Shown here: in pieces, positions 48,281-61,151 of the stretch
Numbering within the stretch: the first letter of the stretch is position 1
Layout of the letters: every line of letters starts with the position of its first letter
Assembly (NCBI GenBank): GCA_958009085.1
Contig: OY253688.1
Coordinates: 186,001-250,000, forward strand
Source: Protoeuglena noctilucae
Taxonomy: Eukaryota
Length of the DNA stretch: 64,000 nucleotides
Reading direction: 5' to 3'
Program-made: the position numbers and the translations under genes
The notes under the pieces: model-generated
What the model was told of the DNA's origin: nothing
Seen by the model: the letters and a program-made list of their open reading frames with translations, nothing else
Database searches by the model: none

Positions 48281-50002
48281 CTAAAGCTCTATATGGTCCA
48301 CACCGCGCTCCGACAGCCCGTCGAAGATCAGCCTCTCGTAGTCGGCCTTCTCGTAGCACGCAACACACGTCTGTGGAGGAAAAGAGGTGCCGAGCCACAC
48401 GTTGGGCCGCAGAGGCAGGACAGTGCCGGAGACCAGCCCCAGTTGCATCGTACGTCACCTTGCCCAGGACGGTGAGCACCGCCTCCAGTTCCCCCCTGCG
48501 CAGGTGGCTCAGGTCGCCCCCCTTCTCGATGCGCAGCCCCCGAACGCACTCCTGCCCGCTGGCGAACCCCACGAGCCACTGCTGGATGCGGCCGGCGGTG
48601 AACTTGGACCCCTCGTAAGGGACGATGCGGTCGCCTTTGCCACAAATCGCCGCCACGCCAGCCCCCGTCAGCCCTGCCGCTGCGAGCACATCCCTCTGCG
48701 AACCAGGGCACGGGACGCGGTCAGAACCCCTCCCCCCCGCCGTCTCTCAGCGTAACCAGACTTCCGCGTCCCCGCATACGTGCCTGGCTTGTCTTGGCCT
48801 CCATGACGAAGATCTGGGACCCGAACCTGTAGGCCAGCGTCCGGGCCTGGGCGCTCGGGTCGCTCTTGGACGACATGAACAGCACGCAGATGTGCCAGTC
48901 CGCCTTGAGGCACTCGGCGTACAGCTGCTGGAGCTCGCTCGCCGTGCGCACGGCACGGACGTGGTCGGGGATGGCCGATATGCCCCACTTGGACAGCGCG
49001 GTGGCGGTGCGCGCCCCCCGGTAGTCGGCGGGCGTCCCGCCCACGACGGCCTTGATGGTCGGGTAGGACTCGACCCGCGCCGCCTGGCAGAGGGCCTTCT
49101 CCTTCTCGCAGTTGACCGCCGCCACCCGGACGATCCCGTCCAGGTTCTTTGCCACCTTCTCGAACTCGTCCTTGAAGGCCTTGCAGTGGGGGCACCACGG
49201 CGCGTAGAACTCGACCACCCACACCCACCGCGTGTCCTTGCTAACCTCCTCGTCCCACGTGTTCTTGTCCACATTCTTCACTGCGGCCGCCGATCAGAGG
49301 CAGCATGTAGTACACAACGACCACGCGCCCCCCTTGCCGCGCCCGCCCTCAGCCCCCGCCCTCACCTCGGCTCCCATCCTTGTACAGGTTGGCCGTCTCC
49401 CTTTGCGGCTGCTGCTGCTGCTGCTGCTGCTGGAACCCGAAGCCGCCCCCCGGGAAGCCGCCGCCTTGGAACTCGAAGCGGATGCCCCCAAAGTCGAAGC
49501 CCCCAGCCTGGAAGCCCCCAGCTCCGCCTTGGGGCCCCTGCTCCCCGTACGCGTCGTAGGCCTGCCGCTTCTCCGCGTCTGCAGCAAGGTGCGGGTGTGG
49601 GCGCCTTTGCGGCTCCGGCGACGCCATAGTGCGGGCCGCCAACGGCCAGGAAGCTGCACCGCGCCCCACCGCTCAGGACGTCGTACGCGTTGGAGATCTC
49701 GGCGAACCTCTTGGCCGCCGCGTCGCGCTCCTCCTCGCCCACGCGATCGGGATGGAACTGAACGGCGAGCTTCTTGAAGGCCTTCTTGATTTCGTCCTCC
49801 GACGCCGACGGGGCCACGCCGAGCAGGTCGTAGTACTTGGTGCTCCGGACCGCCCAAGACCCTGACGCCCAGCGACGCGGCGAATCGGTCACAAGCGCGG
49901 GCGTCGAGCGGCGAGTGCGTAGCACGACTCCACAGGGGAAAAGCTCACACCTTGGACCAGCAAGACCCACACTACCAGGAAGAGGACCAGGCCCACCCTC
50001 AT
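48281..50002 (-). CDS. ER-luminal DnaJ plus thioredoxin-domain protein (ERdj3A/TMS1-like) with C-terminal ARMET/MANF-like CxxC module
   Basis: Signal peptide [19 protein letters not shown] domain YYDLLGV...QFHPD; G/F-rich linker with polyQ; Trx motif [12 protein letters not shown]-terminal [10 protein letters not shown]...HIEL*. There are 5 introns. Confidence 0.88.
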
Positions 50003-50609
50003 CCTCGACGCCGCGAACACTCGGAGAGATGGCCAAAGCACCGAGGCCACGGACCGCCGATCAGGCGAGGCCCGCTCGCCAGCTCCTCGAGCGTGTCTAG
50101 AAAACGGCGGGTGCGGTCTGGGCTACCGACGAAGAACGCCCGCGGCGTGCAGCGCAAAGACGTCAGTTCAGCAAGAAGGAGGACGAGTAGCAAGTCAGGG
50201 AGCCGCAAGAGCCAAGATAGCCCCCCCTCGTTCCACGCCGGGAACGATGGGGCCCCAAAGGACGGGACAGCTCTGCTCTGCGCACCGCGGCAATGCGGTT
50301 TATCTGGCGTCGTCGAAGACGGCCGCTGAGAATTGGAATCGGCGATTGCCGGGCTGCAGCACTGGCGCCAGACACGTCATCGTCCTCTAAGGTTAGATCC
50401 GCGCAGCAAGCACGCGTCTGATCTCGCGTTGGGTCCATTGTCGCCTATGCCACCTCCAGCCTGATGCCCGCGTCATAACGGCCAGGGCCTCGTCCAGCAT
50501 TCTGGTGACCGGCAAGGATTGGAGCCGCCTCGCTTTGCGTGGCGCCCTGGCGTGCTCAGCACAATGCCAGCACGCTCCTCCACCCAGACGGACCATGCTG
50601 TGAGAGGGG

Positions 50610-51070
50610 ATGCACCCCGTTCTCCAGGAGCCCTTCTCGTGGGCGCTCGTGGCCTTTCACGCGCTGCTCCTCTCCCTCGTCGTCGCGCTGAGGGCCCAGA
50701 CGACTCTGCAGCTCGCCCTCCTCTGCATTCTGGCCCTGCTGCTCGTCCTGTCGCGTCGCCTCAACGAGTTTGGCAAGCAGAACTGGCGGCTGTTCGCTTC
50801 GCGGGACTACTTCGACAAGGGCGGGCTCTTCCTCACTGCTGTGTGGGCCGTCCCCCTGCTGCTCGTCATGCTCGTGCAGGTGGCCTGCGGTGATCCGTCT
50901 GTTCAAATGCGGCGCGCTCGAGCGCATGCACGTCGCGGAACTGGCAGCGTCGCGGCTATCGCGGGAACGGCTGGCCGCAGGTCGCCATCTACCTAAGCTG
51001 GGTGTCGCACGAAATGGTCAAGCTCAAAGCCATCGAGATGCGCGGGGGGCGGCGGAGGGGTCGGCAATGA
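50610..51070 (+). CDS. TMEM18: TMEM18 family membrane protein
   Basis: Contains EPFSWALVAFHALL...RLNEFGKQNWRLFASRDYFDKGGLF...PLL and a last exon VAIYL...MVKLKAIEMR. The 5' end is uncertain; an upstream exon is possible. Confidence 0.82.
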
Positions 51071-51102
51071 GCCCACGCCAAGGTCGCGCCACCGGGCCGG
51101 GC

Positions 51103-52708
51103 TCACTCGGAGCGGTTGGCGTAAGGCGTGAAGCCCTTCTCGCGGATGTCGATGCCGACCATGGGCTCCCCGAGATCGACGGAAACCTCGGCGATCACCT
51201 CGGGGTTGTTGTAGTGCGTGACGGCCTGCACGATGGCCCGGGCGCGCTTGGCCGGGTCCCCCGACTTGAAAATGCCCGACCCCACGAACACCCCGTCCAC
51301 CCCCAGCTGCATCATGAGGGCGGCGTCCGCAGGCGTCGCCACACCCCCCGCCGCGAAGTTGACCACGGGCAGCCGCCCCAGCGCCTTGGTCTGACGCACG
51401 AGCTCCACCGGGGCGCGGATCTCCTTGGCGTAGACGTACAGCTCGTCCTCGTCCATGGTCTGTTGGCCGAGATAGGAAAGGGCGCGGGTCATGCGTCCAG
51501 CTGGCATACTACTCGAGGGCAGTGGACACGCTGGTGCTACATGGAAGGGCCCAGCAAGCACGTCCCTTTGCCTGCCCCGCCTCCCCACACGCGGTGGGCA
51601 AGCCATCAATCACCTGCAGCATCCGGATGGCCCCGAGGACGGCCCGGCTGTGCCGCACCGCCTCGACCACGTTGCCCGTGCCCGCCTCGCCCTTGGTGCG
51701 GATCATCGCCGCGCCCTCCGCAATGCGGCGCAGGGCCTCGCCCAGGTCGCGGCACCCGCACACGAACGGAACCTTGAAGTTGTGCTTGTTGATGTGGTGC
51801 ACCTCGTCAGCCGGAGTCAGCACCTCGGACTCATCGATGTAGTCCACCCTGTGTGGGCGGCCAGGGTTCCGCACTGGTGGGGGGGATCCCCGGGGATTGC
51901 GGGGCCTCCTGGAGCAGCACCTGCGACTCGCTGCCCTCACCCGAGGGCCTCCAGGATCTGCGCCTCCACAAAGTGCCCGATGCGTGCCTTGGCCATGACG
52001 GGGATGGTCACTGCCTGCTTGATGGCGCGGATGATGCTGGGGTCCGACATGCGGGCCACACCACCTGCATTGCGAAGAGTCCAGCGATCCCTTCATGCTC
52101 CCGCAGCCCTGCAAAACCGCGGCTGAGCCCCAACTCCAGCGCCCACCACGACCCCCTCACCCTGCTTCCGGATGTCGGCGGGGACGCGCTCGAGCGCCAT
52201 CACCGCGACGGCCCCTGCCTCCTCCGCAATCCTCGCCTCCTCCACGCTCGTCACGTCCATGATGACGCCCCCCTTGAGCATCTGCGCCAGCCCCGCCTGC
52301 AGGGACGCGGACGAAGCGACGCGAATCATCGCAGGCAGTCGAAGAGCGTTCCGAAAAGCCCGCCGAACCCGCAGACCGCCGCCCCAGCGCCCATTCCGAC
52401 GCGAGCCCGCCTCCTCGCCACCCCGACCTCCAGCCCCGCCTCCCCGCGTCGTCCGGCGTGCGCGAGCGGCCCGTCCGTGACAGACGTTCCAGATCCGCCG
52501 TCTGCCGCCGCAGGAGCGTGCAGGACGACGCCCAGCGGCCAGCAGGCGCCACCGACACCAGCTGGCCAGGAGGCCTCGGCAGGCCGCCCCCGCCCGCCTG
52601 GAGTGTCGAGACCCCACCTCGGCCGAGCCACGCCCCACCACCGGTCCAAAACAGACCGGGCGCGCGTCCCACCTTGGTGGCGAAGGTTCCCGTCTGCGGG
52701 GCGGACAT
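51103..52708 (-). CDS. PDX1: Pyridoxal 5'-phosphate synthase subunit PDX1
   Basis: Contains [73 protein letters not shown] and [11 protein letters not shown]. There are 4 introns. Confidence 0.97.
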
Positions 52709-52997
52709 TTCTGCGCCTCCGGTACGGTATTCGGCGTGCTCCGCCAGTAACGTCCCCAGCCGACGTCGCGAGCGGGCCTCGAAGGAACAAACGAGTGCGG
52801 GGTCGCGAGCGACGAGCTCGGAGACGGCAGTCTCGCGACCGCGGTCAAGTCAGACTGGCTTACTGGCGAGAGGCCCGCCACGACCGGGCCGGGAATTCGC
52901 GGTCTCCTCGGCGTCGTGCGCGGCGAGATCGCCTGCCCCACGCGGGCCCCGCCTGCTGGGGTCGCTTCCACGCGCTGAACGGGCCGCGGAAGCCGGC

Positions 52998-55900
52998 ATG
53001 GCCGGTCACCTCGCCGCAGTGCACTCTGCCGCGGCTTCCCTGTGTGCGGGGGCTTCCACCGTGTCCCTGGGTCCGACGCGGGCGCACCTGCCCCTGTGCC
53101 CGAAGCGGTCAGGACTCGATCGACCACGGCTCCGAGCGCTCGCGTCCGGCGTGGACCAGCGCGGCCTCGCCGTCCCCAAATATGACGACCACCGGTTTTG
53201 CGGGGGTGACCTCCGCGGCGGGGAGATCATAGCCGTGGACTCCGCGACCGGGGAGTGGCAATTCAACTTCCCCGTCGAGCCCGCCGCGTTGGCAAGTCGC
53301 CGGGCCCCCGCTCAGCCGCGCGCCGGCGTCGCGACCGTCTCATCTGTGTACGCTGAACAGCGTCCCCTGGTCGTCTCCGCAGCTGGGGCTCCGGGGGCGC
53401 CGTGGTTACCTGGACCCCGAAATCGTCAAGGCGTACGAGGACATGGTGGCGTACCGGCCGCGGGAGGGGTACTCCGAAGAGGCGATGAAAAGCAGAGAGC
53501 ATCTGCTGGCGCAGGCGCGGGACGCGCTGGTGAGCGACGCTGCGCCGGCCGTCTGCTGCGTGGCATATGCCGGGGTGTGGGGTCGCTAGTCACTCACTCA
53601 CCGCACACGAGGCCGCGTGCTTCCGCAGCGACGGCCGGGCTCGCTGGGAAGGAGTGCTGCGTCGACGACTGTCTCCTGGGCCCATTTGCCGGGGGGCCTC
53701 GCGCTCCTGGTGGATGCGAGGGAGTACGACCTGGTGATTGAGATTGGCAACCGCGTCCTGCGCACGGGCCGCGCGGGGTCGGCCGAGCCCGATGTCGTCC
53801 TGGCCATCGCCCTCGCGCACTGCGCCCTCGCCCGCGACGCCCTCGACCAGGGCGGTAGGGTGGGCTTGGGCGTCGCCCGCCTCGAGGAGGCCCTCAGCGT
53901 CCTTCGTGCCGCGCGGCCTCCCCTGGCGCCGGGGCTGCAGCGAGAGGTGGGGTACTTTGCGACCGCCCGGTCTCGGCGCGTGGCTACTGGTTTTTGGAAT
54001 GCGCGGGTCCCACAGCGCGCCCCCTCGTCGCAGGTGGAGGCGGCTCTGGAGCGCCTGCTGCCCCACAGCCATGTGGAACAGTTGGGAGCGCCGATCAATG
54101 CCGAGACTCTGGCGGCGCGGAAGCAGGCCCTCATGTTCATCGCGGGGGCGCTGTCCCGGGGCAAGGCTGCAGAGGAGGGCGTGACGGACCGCGCCTTGCG
54201 CATAGCGATGGTGAGCTCGCTGATTCTCCTGGGGAAGTGCACTGCGTCGCCTGCCGGGCTGCTTCGCGCATGCCAGACAGCGCCATCACCCGCAGTCCAA
54301 GATGACGGCGGAAGAGGTCGTGAGCCTCGTGGACTGGGCCGAGGTCGCCGCCTCCCCTAGCAGCGTGCCGTGGATCTACCACGGCATCTTCGCGCGCGTG
54401 GTCCAGGCGCTGATCGTGACCGGGTTCAGCCGGCGCAGCCCGGAACACATCAACCAGGTGGGGTGTCCGCACCTTGCCAGGTCCATGCATGCCTTGCGGC
54501 TGTCCGAGCCCCCGTGTGGGTTGACCCGCGCGTGGCACCCTCGCCTCGCAGGCCAAGGAACTGGCGCGGTCCCCGCCTGATGGATCGACGCTGGAACTCG
54601 AGCGCTGCGTGTGCTACATCCTCCTGGGCGACGTGGACCGCGCCTTTGCCATCCTCACGACGGAGGAGCGCCGTCGCTCACAGCGGTCGGCCCAGTCCCT
54701 TGGTTCGGCGTCCCGGCCGGGCCTGGTCGCGCCCACGTCCGTGATGCGCTACATCCGGAGCGTGTCGAGTCCTGACGACCTGCTGCCGGGCTTGTGCATG
54801 TGGTGGTGAGACGCAGAGAGTCTCGAAAGTCACCTCGCTTGCTGCGATTGCACGATGCTTTGACCACTGCCATAGGCATGGGGCCCAGCCAAGTGTCCGC
54901 GTGGGCGTGCATGTCTCGCATGAGGCATGCAATCATCCCCGCCCCCTGCAGCGAGGACTGGCTGGTCGTGACGGGAGAGCGCTTTCGTGGGAGTGAGGGC
55001 CTCGACCCGTCCCTCACTGCGTACTTTGAGGACCCCCAGATGGCGCGCGTGCTCGCCGAGCTCTCCCACTCAAAGCCCCTCCGCACTCTGTGGGACTCCC
55101 TCTCCGACGCACAGGCAGCCCTGCGCAGAGTCATGGACAAGGTCTCGGGGCAGAGGGGCGGCAGGGCCTCGGGCGCAGGGCAGCCCAGGGACGTGGAGCT
55201 CGCAAGGAGGGCCGCGATCGCTGCGAGGGACAACGGGGGGGACGCCCGGAACCCCGACTCGCTGCTATCGCACGCCATGGGGAGCTTACAGAGGGAGGCC
55301 GAGGGTGGGGGCGGTCCAGATGCGGCGGATGCCGGACCCGCGACTGCGTCGGCTCACGCGTCTCCCGGCGGCAGCACAGGCTCTGCTGCCAAAGACCGAC
55401 TCGAGGGACTCCTGACGCGTTCGCGGAGTGTGGCCGAAGGGGCCTCCCCACGCGTCCCAAGGTTGCGCCTCCGGCCTGTCCACTTCCTCCTGCCTGCGGC
55501 GGCACTCGTGACCCTGACCGTCCCACTACTAGGCAGGCGCCCGTGGAGCCTGGGCCCGCTGCGCAGCGTGTCCTTTACCCTTCCCGCCGCATGGCGTTCC
55601 TCGGACACGCAGCGTGCCCAAGTGCGATCGGACATCGAGGCCGCCATCAGGTGCGCAGCCGGGCCCGGGTGCAGGCGCGTCACCATGCCTCCTGCGGGGA
55701 CCTGTTAGACGGCGCGCGATCACTGTGCCGCGCAGGTCCTGGCAGCGGATCAAGCACGGCATCATGGAGGGCAGCCTGTCGGCGAAGGAGCTGCCCACGG
55801 TCCTGGGCGGAGACTACCTCTCGTCGTGGAGGCTCAAGCACGCGCAGGCGGGGCACGATGCGTCCTGCACGTGGCGATACGAACTGCGGAGGCTCGACGT

Positions 55901-56192
55901 CACGAGTATTCGGCAGCAGCCGGATGGGCGCGTCGAGGTGCGTTGAGTCGCCAGCGCCACGTTGCTCGCCGCTCTGAGCATCGTCATGTGCCGGCGGTCC
56001 CGCCTCAAACCGAGCGCGATCTGTCATGTGCAGGCGGACGTCACCATCAACGAGAAGGCCACGCTGCACTTGGCAAATGGGACGGTCGCGGACACCTACG
56101 ACGGGCCCTATCGCATGACATACCAGCTGGAGAGGGGTGGGGACGGCTGTTGGAGGATCGTCGCGGGGCACGTGCGCTTTGGCAGCTACTGA
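52998..56192 (+). CDS. ARC6: ARC6/PARC6-like plastid division protein (J-like domain, TM, C-terminal DUF4101-like)
   Basis: Transit peptide, then IVKAYE...[57 protein letters not shown], a TM near 55490 and a C-terminal W.YELRRLDV...VTINEKATL...YRMTYQL...WRI. There are 8 introns. Confidence 0.85.
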
Positions 56193-56253
56193 GCCCGCGA
56201 GTAGAGCTTTGTCCGGGGCACGAATCGCTCACGGTTCAAGGTTAGCGCCCCTA

Positions 56254-58428
56254 CTACTGGCTGAACCTCGAGTTGATCAGCTTGTCCTGCCCCTTGGTGA
56301 CCTTCACGTACTCGATCGTATCCCCGACACGCATGTCCGACTGGGATGGCAGAAGCGTGGGGGTCGGGTGAAGGTGCTGGGCGCAGCTGTCGTATGGGCG
56401 TTCGCCCCTGTCAGGCACGCCGCGCACTCTCACCAGCAGCTCCTGGCCCTGCGTGATGTACCCGAACACGGCATACCTCCCGTCGAGGAGGTTGGAGCCC
56501 GTGGGCGTGAGCTCCGACTCCTTCAACAGGAAGAACATCTGCGACGACCCCGAGTTGGGCTCGAACTCGGCCCGCGCCACGGCCAGGGTGCCGAAGGCGT
56601 TGAAGGGCAGGGCGGGCAGGTCGTTCGCGCGTCCCAGCTCCTCGAGCGTGATGCCATAGACAGGCTCCTGCGGTCGCGAGCCCACGGGTCGCCTCGGGCC
56701 GCCACCAGGTTCGGGCCAGTTCGTTGGGGCATGCAAGGACTTCCATGGGTATGTAAGAGAGCTGCGTAGCCCTGCGTGCAACCGCACCTTGTCCATGGCC
56801 GGGCGGACCTCGAATGGGATGCGACGCACTTCCTTGGTGTCCGGGTCCACGAAGCCCTCTGCGGGCCCATCGGGGTCGCCAAACTGCACCACGAAGCCGT
56901 CCGCCCGCTGGATCGTCATGCCGTCGTAGAACTTGCGCAGCACCAGGTCCATGAAGTTGCCGGCCGAGACGGGGGCGTTGTAGCCGTCCAGCACAATCTG
57001 AGGGCATCCGACCCGGGCGCGGTCGCTGGCGCCCCGTCCCACGTTGTCATCGCGCTCTTGCCGCCACCCCTGCCACGCTCGCCTTGAAGACCCCTCCCGT
57101 GATGCCGTCCGACGCCACGTCCTTGAGACGGATCTTCATCTCCAGCTCCGCGCGGCCCCGGAGCTGAGGGAGGTTGCCGTACTCGGCCGGCACCTCGAAG
57201 GGGAAGCCCTTTACCATGGCCTCCTCGATCGCCGTAACTGCAGCGACCACAGAGGACGCCATGGCAGGTGCAGACCCCGCAAGTCAGCGTTGCATCCCAG
57301 GAGCTTGCACGTGTGACACGCACCTGCGCTCAGGCACTTGGCCTGCTCCAGCGGGATCTCCTGCTTCCTCTCCTCCTTGAGCACCACCTGCAAGCGGCCG
57401 GGCGGGGCAGGGGCCATGACGTCGACCCAAGCTCGCGGCCATGCCCGCCCCCACAGGCGACTCTCACGTCAAAGTCCTGCAGCGCTGCTTTGAGGTCCGC
57501 CAGGGCACGCTGCCCGTCCGCCTTCTTGTCATCGGCAAAGTCCCTGACGATCTGGGCCTCGCTCTTCTCCAGCGTCCGCTCCGCGTTGCTCACTGCCCGC
57601 CGGATGGGGCCGAGGGACTTGCTGCCTGCGGGGGGAGCCAGGGAGGGTCTTCTTGCTGTGAAGCTCCCGAGCAATGCTCCCCTCGCACCTGCCCTCGGCA
57701 GCATGACCTACCGGGGATGCGCAGCGCCTCGGAGATGGACTCCAGCTCCTTCTGGATCACGCGGATGGGCTTGTCGTCGATCTGGAGGGCGTACCGCAGG
57801 ATGGCCTGAGGGTTCTTCACCCCGCTGTTGACGGGGAGGGACGCCTCGGCGCTGAGACCCCCCACCACCGGCAGCGTCATCAGCCCCGCCAGGGCAGTCG
57901 ACAGCACTGCATTGCGCCAGGAAGGCGCACCCCCCTGCGGGCATCATCAGGAAGCTGGATGACGAGGATCCTCCCTCACGGCATTAGAACTCCAGCACCT
58001 GGGGCAGGGTCGGTGACATGCATCCCAAGCGCAGTATGTGACGCGCGGGAGTGCCCAAGCCACGCATCCAATGACGACGTCGCAAACGCGCTCAGGGCGG
58101 GCGTGCAGGGCCGCTGGCAAGTCACAGGAGACCGGGAAAAACGCGTTGGTCTTCCAGCGCCCGACCTGGGTGGGTCGCAGACAGCCGCGCTGGGCGTCTT
58201 CTCTTCTCCAATACCAAACAAGTCATCGCTTTAGCACGCACAGGGCCGCCATCGGCGCGGGGGACGCTGCCATCGGCGTCAAGCGCGCTGGCACGGAATC
58301 ATCGGGCCGTTGAGGCCCGCTCAGCGCCTCCTCGCCTGGTCTGCACGACCCGATGCGGCGCAAACGACACGTCGAGTGCGCTGGTGTAGATGGGACGCGG
58401 GGGGAGCGGGCGCAAGCGACATCGCCAT
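56254..58428 (-). CDS. CYP38: Thylakoid lumen cyclophilin CYP38/TLP40
   Basis: Contains [67 protein letters not shown] and [29 protein letters not shown]. The first exon MAMSLAP...RRVVCAASG joins in frame via a GC-AG intron of about 400 nt. Confidence 0.95.
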
Positions 58429-59224
58429 TTTGCTGGTGCAGAGCGAGCAGAGCGAGCGCTCCCGCGGCGGTCTCGCACTGGCCCCGTCGCGCTTTTCTTG
58501 ACGAGATGGGATTGGCTGGGCGCACTCGCGATCTCGGGTTGCGGTGAAGCCAGTCGGGCGGGCCCATACCCTACTGGCGCCTCGGGGAGTCGCGCTGGGC
58601 GGGCTGCGGCGCGTCGGATCCGCAGATCGGGTCAAGGAGTGGCCCCACAGAGAGCGGTAGGGCTTGGTTTGGTGAGTTGACATTTCGCCCCGACGCAGCC
58701 CGCTGCTGAGCCACAGCTCCAGCGGCGTGGGGACTTTCGCTTTCAACCACGGTGGCGAAGGCTCCCTGCCTCGAACGGGCCTTTGCGGGATCCGTTTTTC
58801 GTTCCCCCCCGCCGCGGACGAAACTTTCCGGTTTTCCAGTCGTTGACGGACGCCTTGTTGACGGGCGGGCAGCGGGAGCGAGGGCTCCGGCCCGCCCGGA
58901 GCCCACGGCCCGTCCTTGTGCGCCACCCTGTTCGCCGCGGTCGTTGAGCGCCGCGTGGTGCCCGTCCTGGCCTTTTCCGCTTCGCTGAGGCGCAACATTC
59001 CTCGAGCTAGCCTTGCGCTTGCCGCGGCGAACCCCGATGCAGCGCATGGCGGCGGGAGGGCGCCCCACAGTGCCGCAGGGTGGCCTGCGGCCTCCTGGGG
59101 CCTCTTGCCCCCTCACCTGGCCGTGCACCCTCATCTGTTGCGTGTCAAGCTGCAGTCCCTTCCGCAATCGCAGGATCGCCGCGCTCGCGAGCGCGGGAGA
59201 GCGGAGGGGATGGGCGACTCGGCG

Positions 59225-61111
59225 ATGGCGGACCCGAGCTCCCTGCTTGGGAGCACCATCAGCCTCATTTCCCAGAGCGACATTAGGTGCGCCGAAAGCC
59301 GCGAGCCCTGCGAGCCCCGCCCGGGGCGTTTGCCGGTGGTGAGCACGTGGCGGGCACCTGCGCAGGTACGAGGGCGTCCTATGCAACATCGACACGGCGG
59401 AAGCGACCATCTCTCTCAGAGACGTCCGCACGTATGGAACGGAGGGGCGGAGGAACGGGCGGGAGGAAGTCCCCGGGAGCCATGGTGCGCGTGCTCGACA
59501 GCGCTGCCCTGCGTGCACGAGGGAACCCGGGTCGACGCAACGGCTGCTGTTTTCTGGCCGGTGCAGAGGTGTACCAGTTTATCGTGTTCCGGGGCCCGGA
59601 CATCAAGGAGCTGCAGGTGGTGCAGCGGGCCCCTGAGCCCGCCCCGGCACCCAAGTTTGAGGACCCTGCCATCGTGTCCGCCGTTTCACAGGGGCACCGG
59701 GGGTACCCAGGGCAGCCGTTTGGCATGCCCCCCATGGGACCGGGGGGATACGGGTTCGGCTACGGTGAGGGCGGACGGCGTGGCAGGCCAGGCCAGGGGA
59801 TCTTCGTGGGCGGTGAGTGAGCTCTGACTTCTGCGCTTCTCTGCGCAGGTCCGGGGGGACCGAACCCGATGATGTACAACCCCATGGGCCACCCTGGCCC
59901 CATGCCGGGGGGGCCCATGCCCGGGGTGCCCATGCCCCCGTACGGGCCCGGCCCGGGCCCTCACATGGCGGGCCCCCCGCCCCATCACGCGGGCCCCGCG
60001 GCTAACGGGAGGTTATCGGGTCCCAACGCACCCCCAGCGCCAGCTGTGCCCGGCGCTGGGCACGCGCAGGCCCCGCCGGAGCACCCGAGGAAGCCTACGG
60101 CCCAGAAGGGGGAGCAGGCGCCCGCTGTTGCGAGCAAGGGCCCCATGGAGCCGAGGGGGGAAGCGGGCGGCCACAGCGCTGCCGATGGACGCACTCGGCA
60201 GCCGGCGAATGGCGCGGAGGGCGGACTGCGCGTGCCGCCCCCCCAGACCCCGCCTCGGCAGCCCCGCAACAGCCAGCCCAGGCCTCCCCAGGGGCCGCCC
60301 CCGGGCAACTCGGAGGGATCTTGGCGAGGACAGGTGGGCGGGGTCCTTTGAGATGTTGAGACGAGCGGCAGTGACGGCGTGGTGACGCAACCGCGTGCCC
60401 CGCCTGGCCCCGCAGGTCGACCCGAGGCCGGCGCCGACGGTGCAGGTGGTGAGCGCGCACGGCGGCAGGGGGGGGGCGGGCGAGGAGGGCGCGGGGCGAG
60501 GCCGGGGTCGGGGCCCGCGGCCCGGGCGCGGGCACGAAGGCGGGAACCCGGCAGCGTATGCCACCGTGTCGGTGGCCGGTCCCGCCCCGGGCCGCGGGGC
60601 CCAGGGCGGGGCCCGTGGCCGCGGCCGTCGCGGCTGGACCCCGAACGGCAACGTCATCGAGGCGCCCAAGGAGGACTTCGACGTCGAGGCAGCGAACGAA
60701 CGGTTCCAGCGTGAGGACGGCGGTCCGAACGGCGCGGGCGACACGCAGTCCGTGTACAAGAAGGCGAGGCGCACCCCGGGTGGCTTTGATGCGAGGGCGG
60801 ATGGCACTGGAGGGCGTCGTCCCTGCTCCTGGCCCCCGGTGAAGTCCGCTTGACTTTCCCCCTCACGGTCCGCCTCGCAGGACGAGTTCTTCGACACGCT
60901 GTCGTCGGAGCCGGCTCAGCCCATGCAGAGCCTGGACGTCCACCGCAAGGAGATGGCCGAGCGGCGTCGCGTGGACGTCGAAACTTTCGGAGACATCGCG
61001 GCATCCTACCGGTCCGCACACCTCAGGGGGCGGGGGAGGGGCCGGGGCCGGGGCCGGGGCCGGGGTGGTTGGGGTCGTGGCAACAACGGGCAGGGCGGAG
61101 AGCGCTTTTAA
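59225..61111 (+). CDS. DCP5: Decapping 5 / LSM14 (Scd6/RAP55) P-body protein
   Basis: LSm14 domain LLGSTISLISQSDIRYEGVL...YGTEGRR...YQFIVFRGPDIKELQV; FDF-like EDFDVEAANERF; FFD box YKKDEFFDTLS; TFG box VDVETFG; RGG tail. Confidence 0.93.
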
Positions 61112-61151
61112 AGGCAGTCGCGTGGAGGGTAGGGGTAGCTGGCGCCCCAGG

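Noticed and set aside
58470..58745. GAAAGTCCCC (minus strand, about 58729-58738) resembling RNase MRP CR-I; also acaatggggcta near 13160 resembling CR-V
   Set aside because: Neither has a properly complementary P4 partner at a suitable distance. An Infernal search would be needed to support either.
48052..61070. Short microsatellite-like tracts: GAGE 12-mer at about 48052-48090, CAG polyQ at about 49409-49432, cggggc at about 61025-61065
   Set aside because: These are ordinary coding low-complexity repeats; RGG boxes are expected in DCP5.
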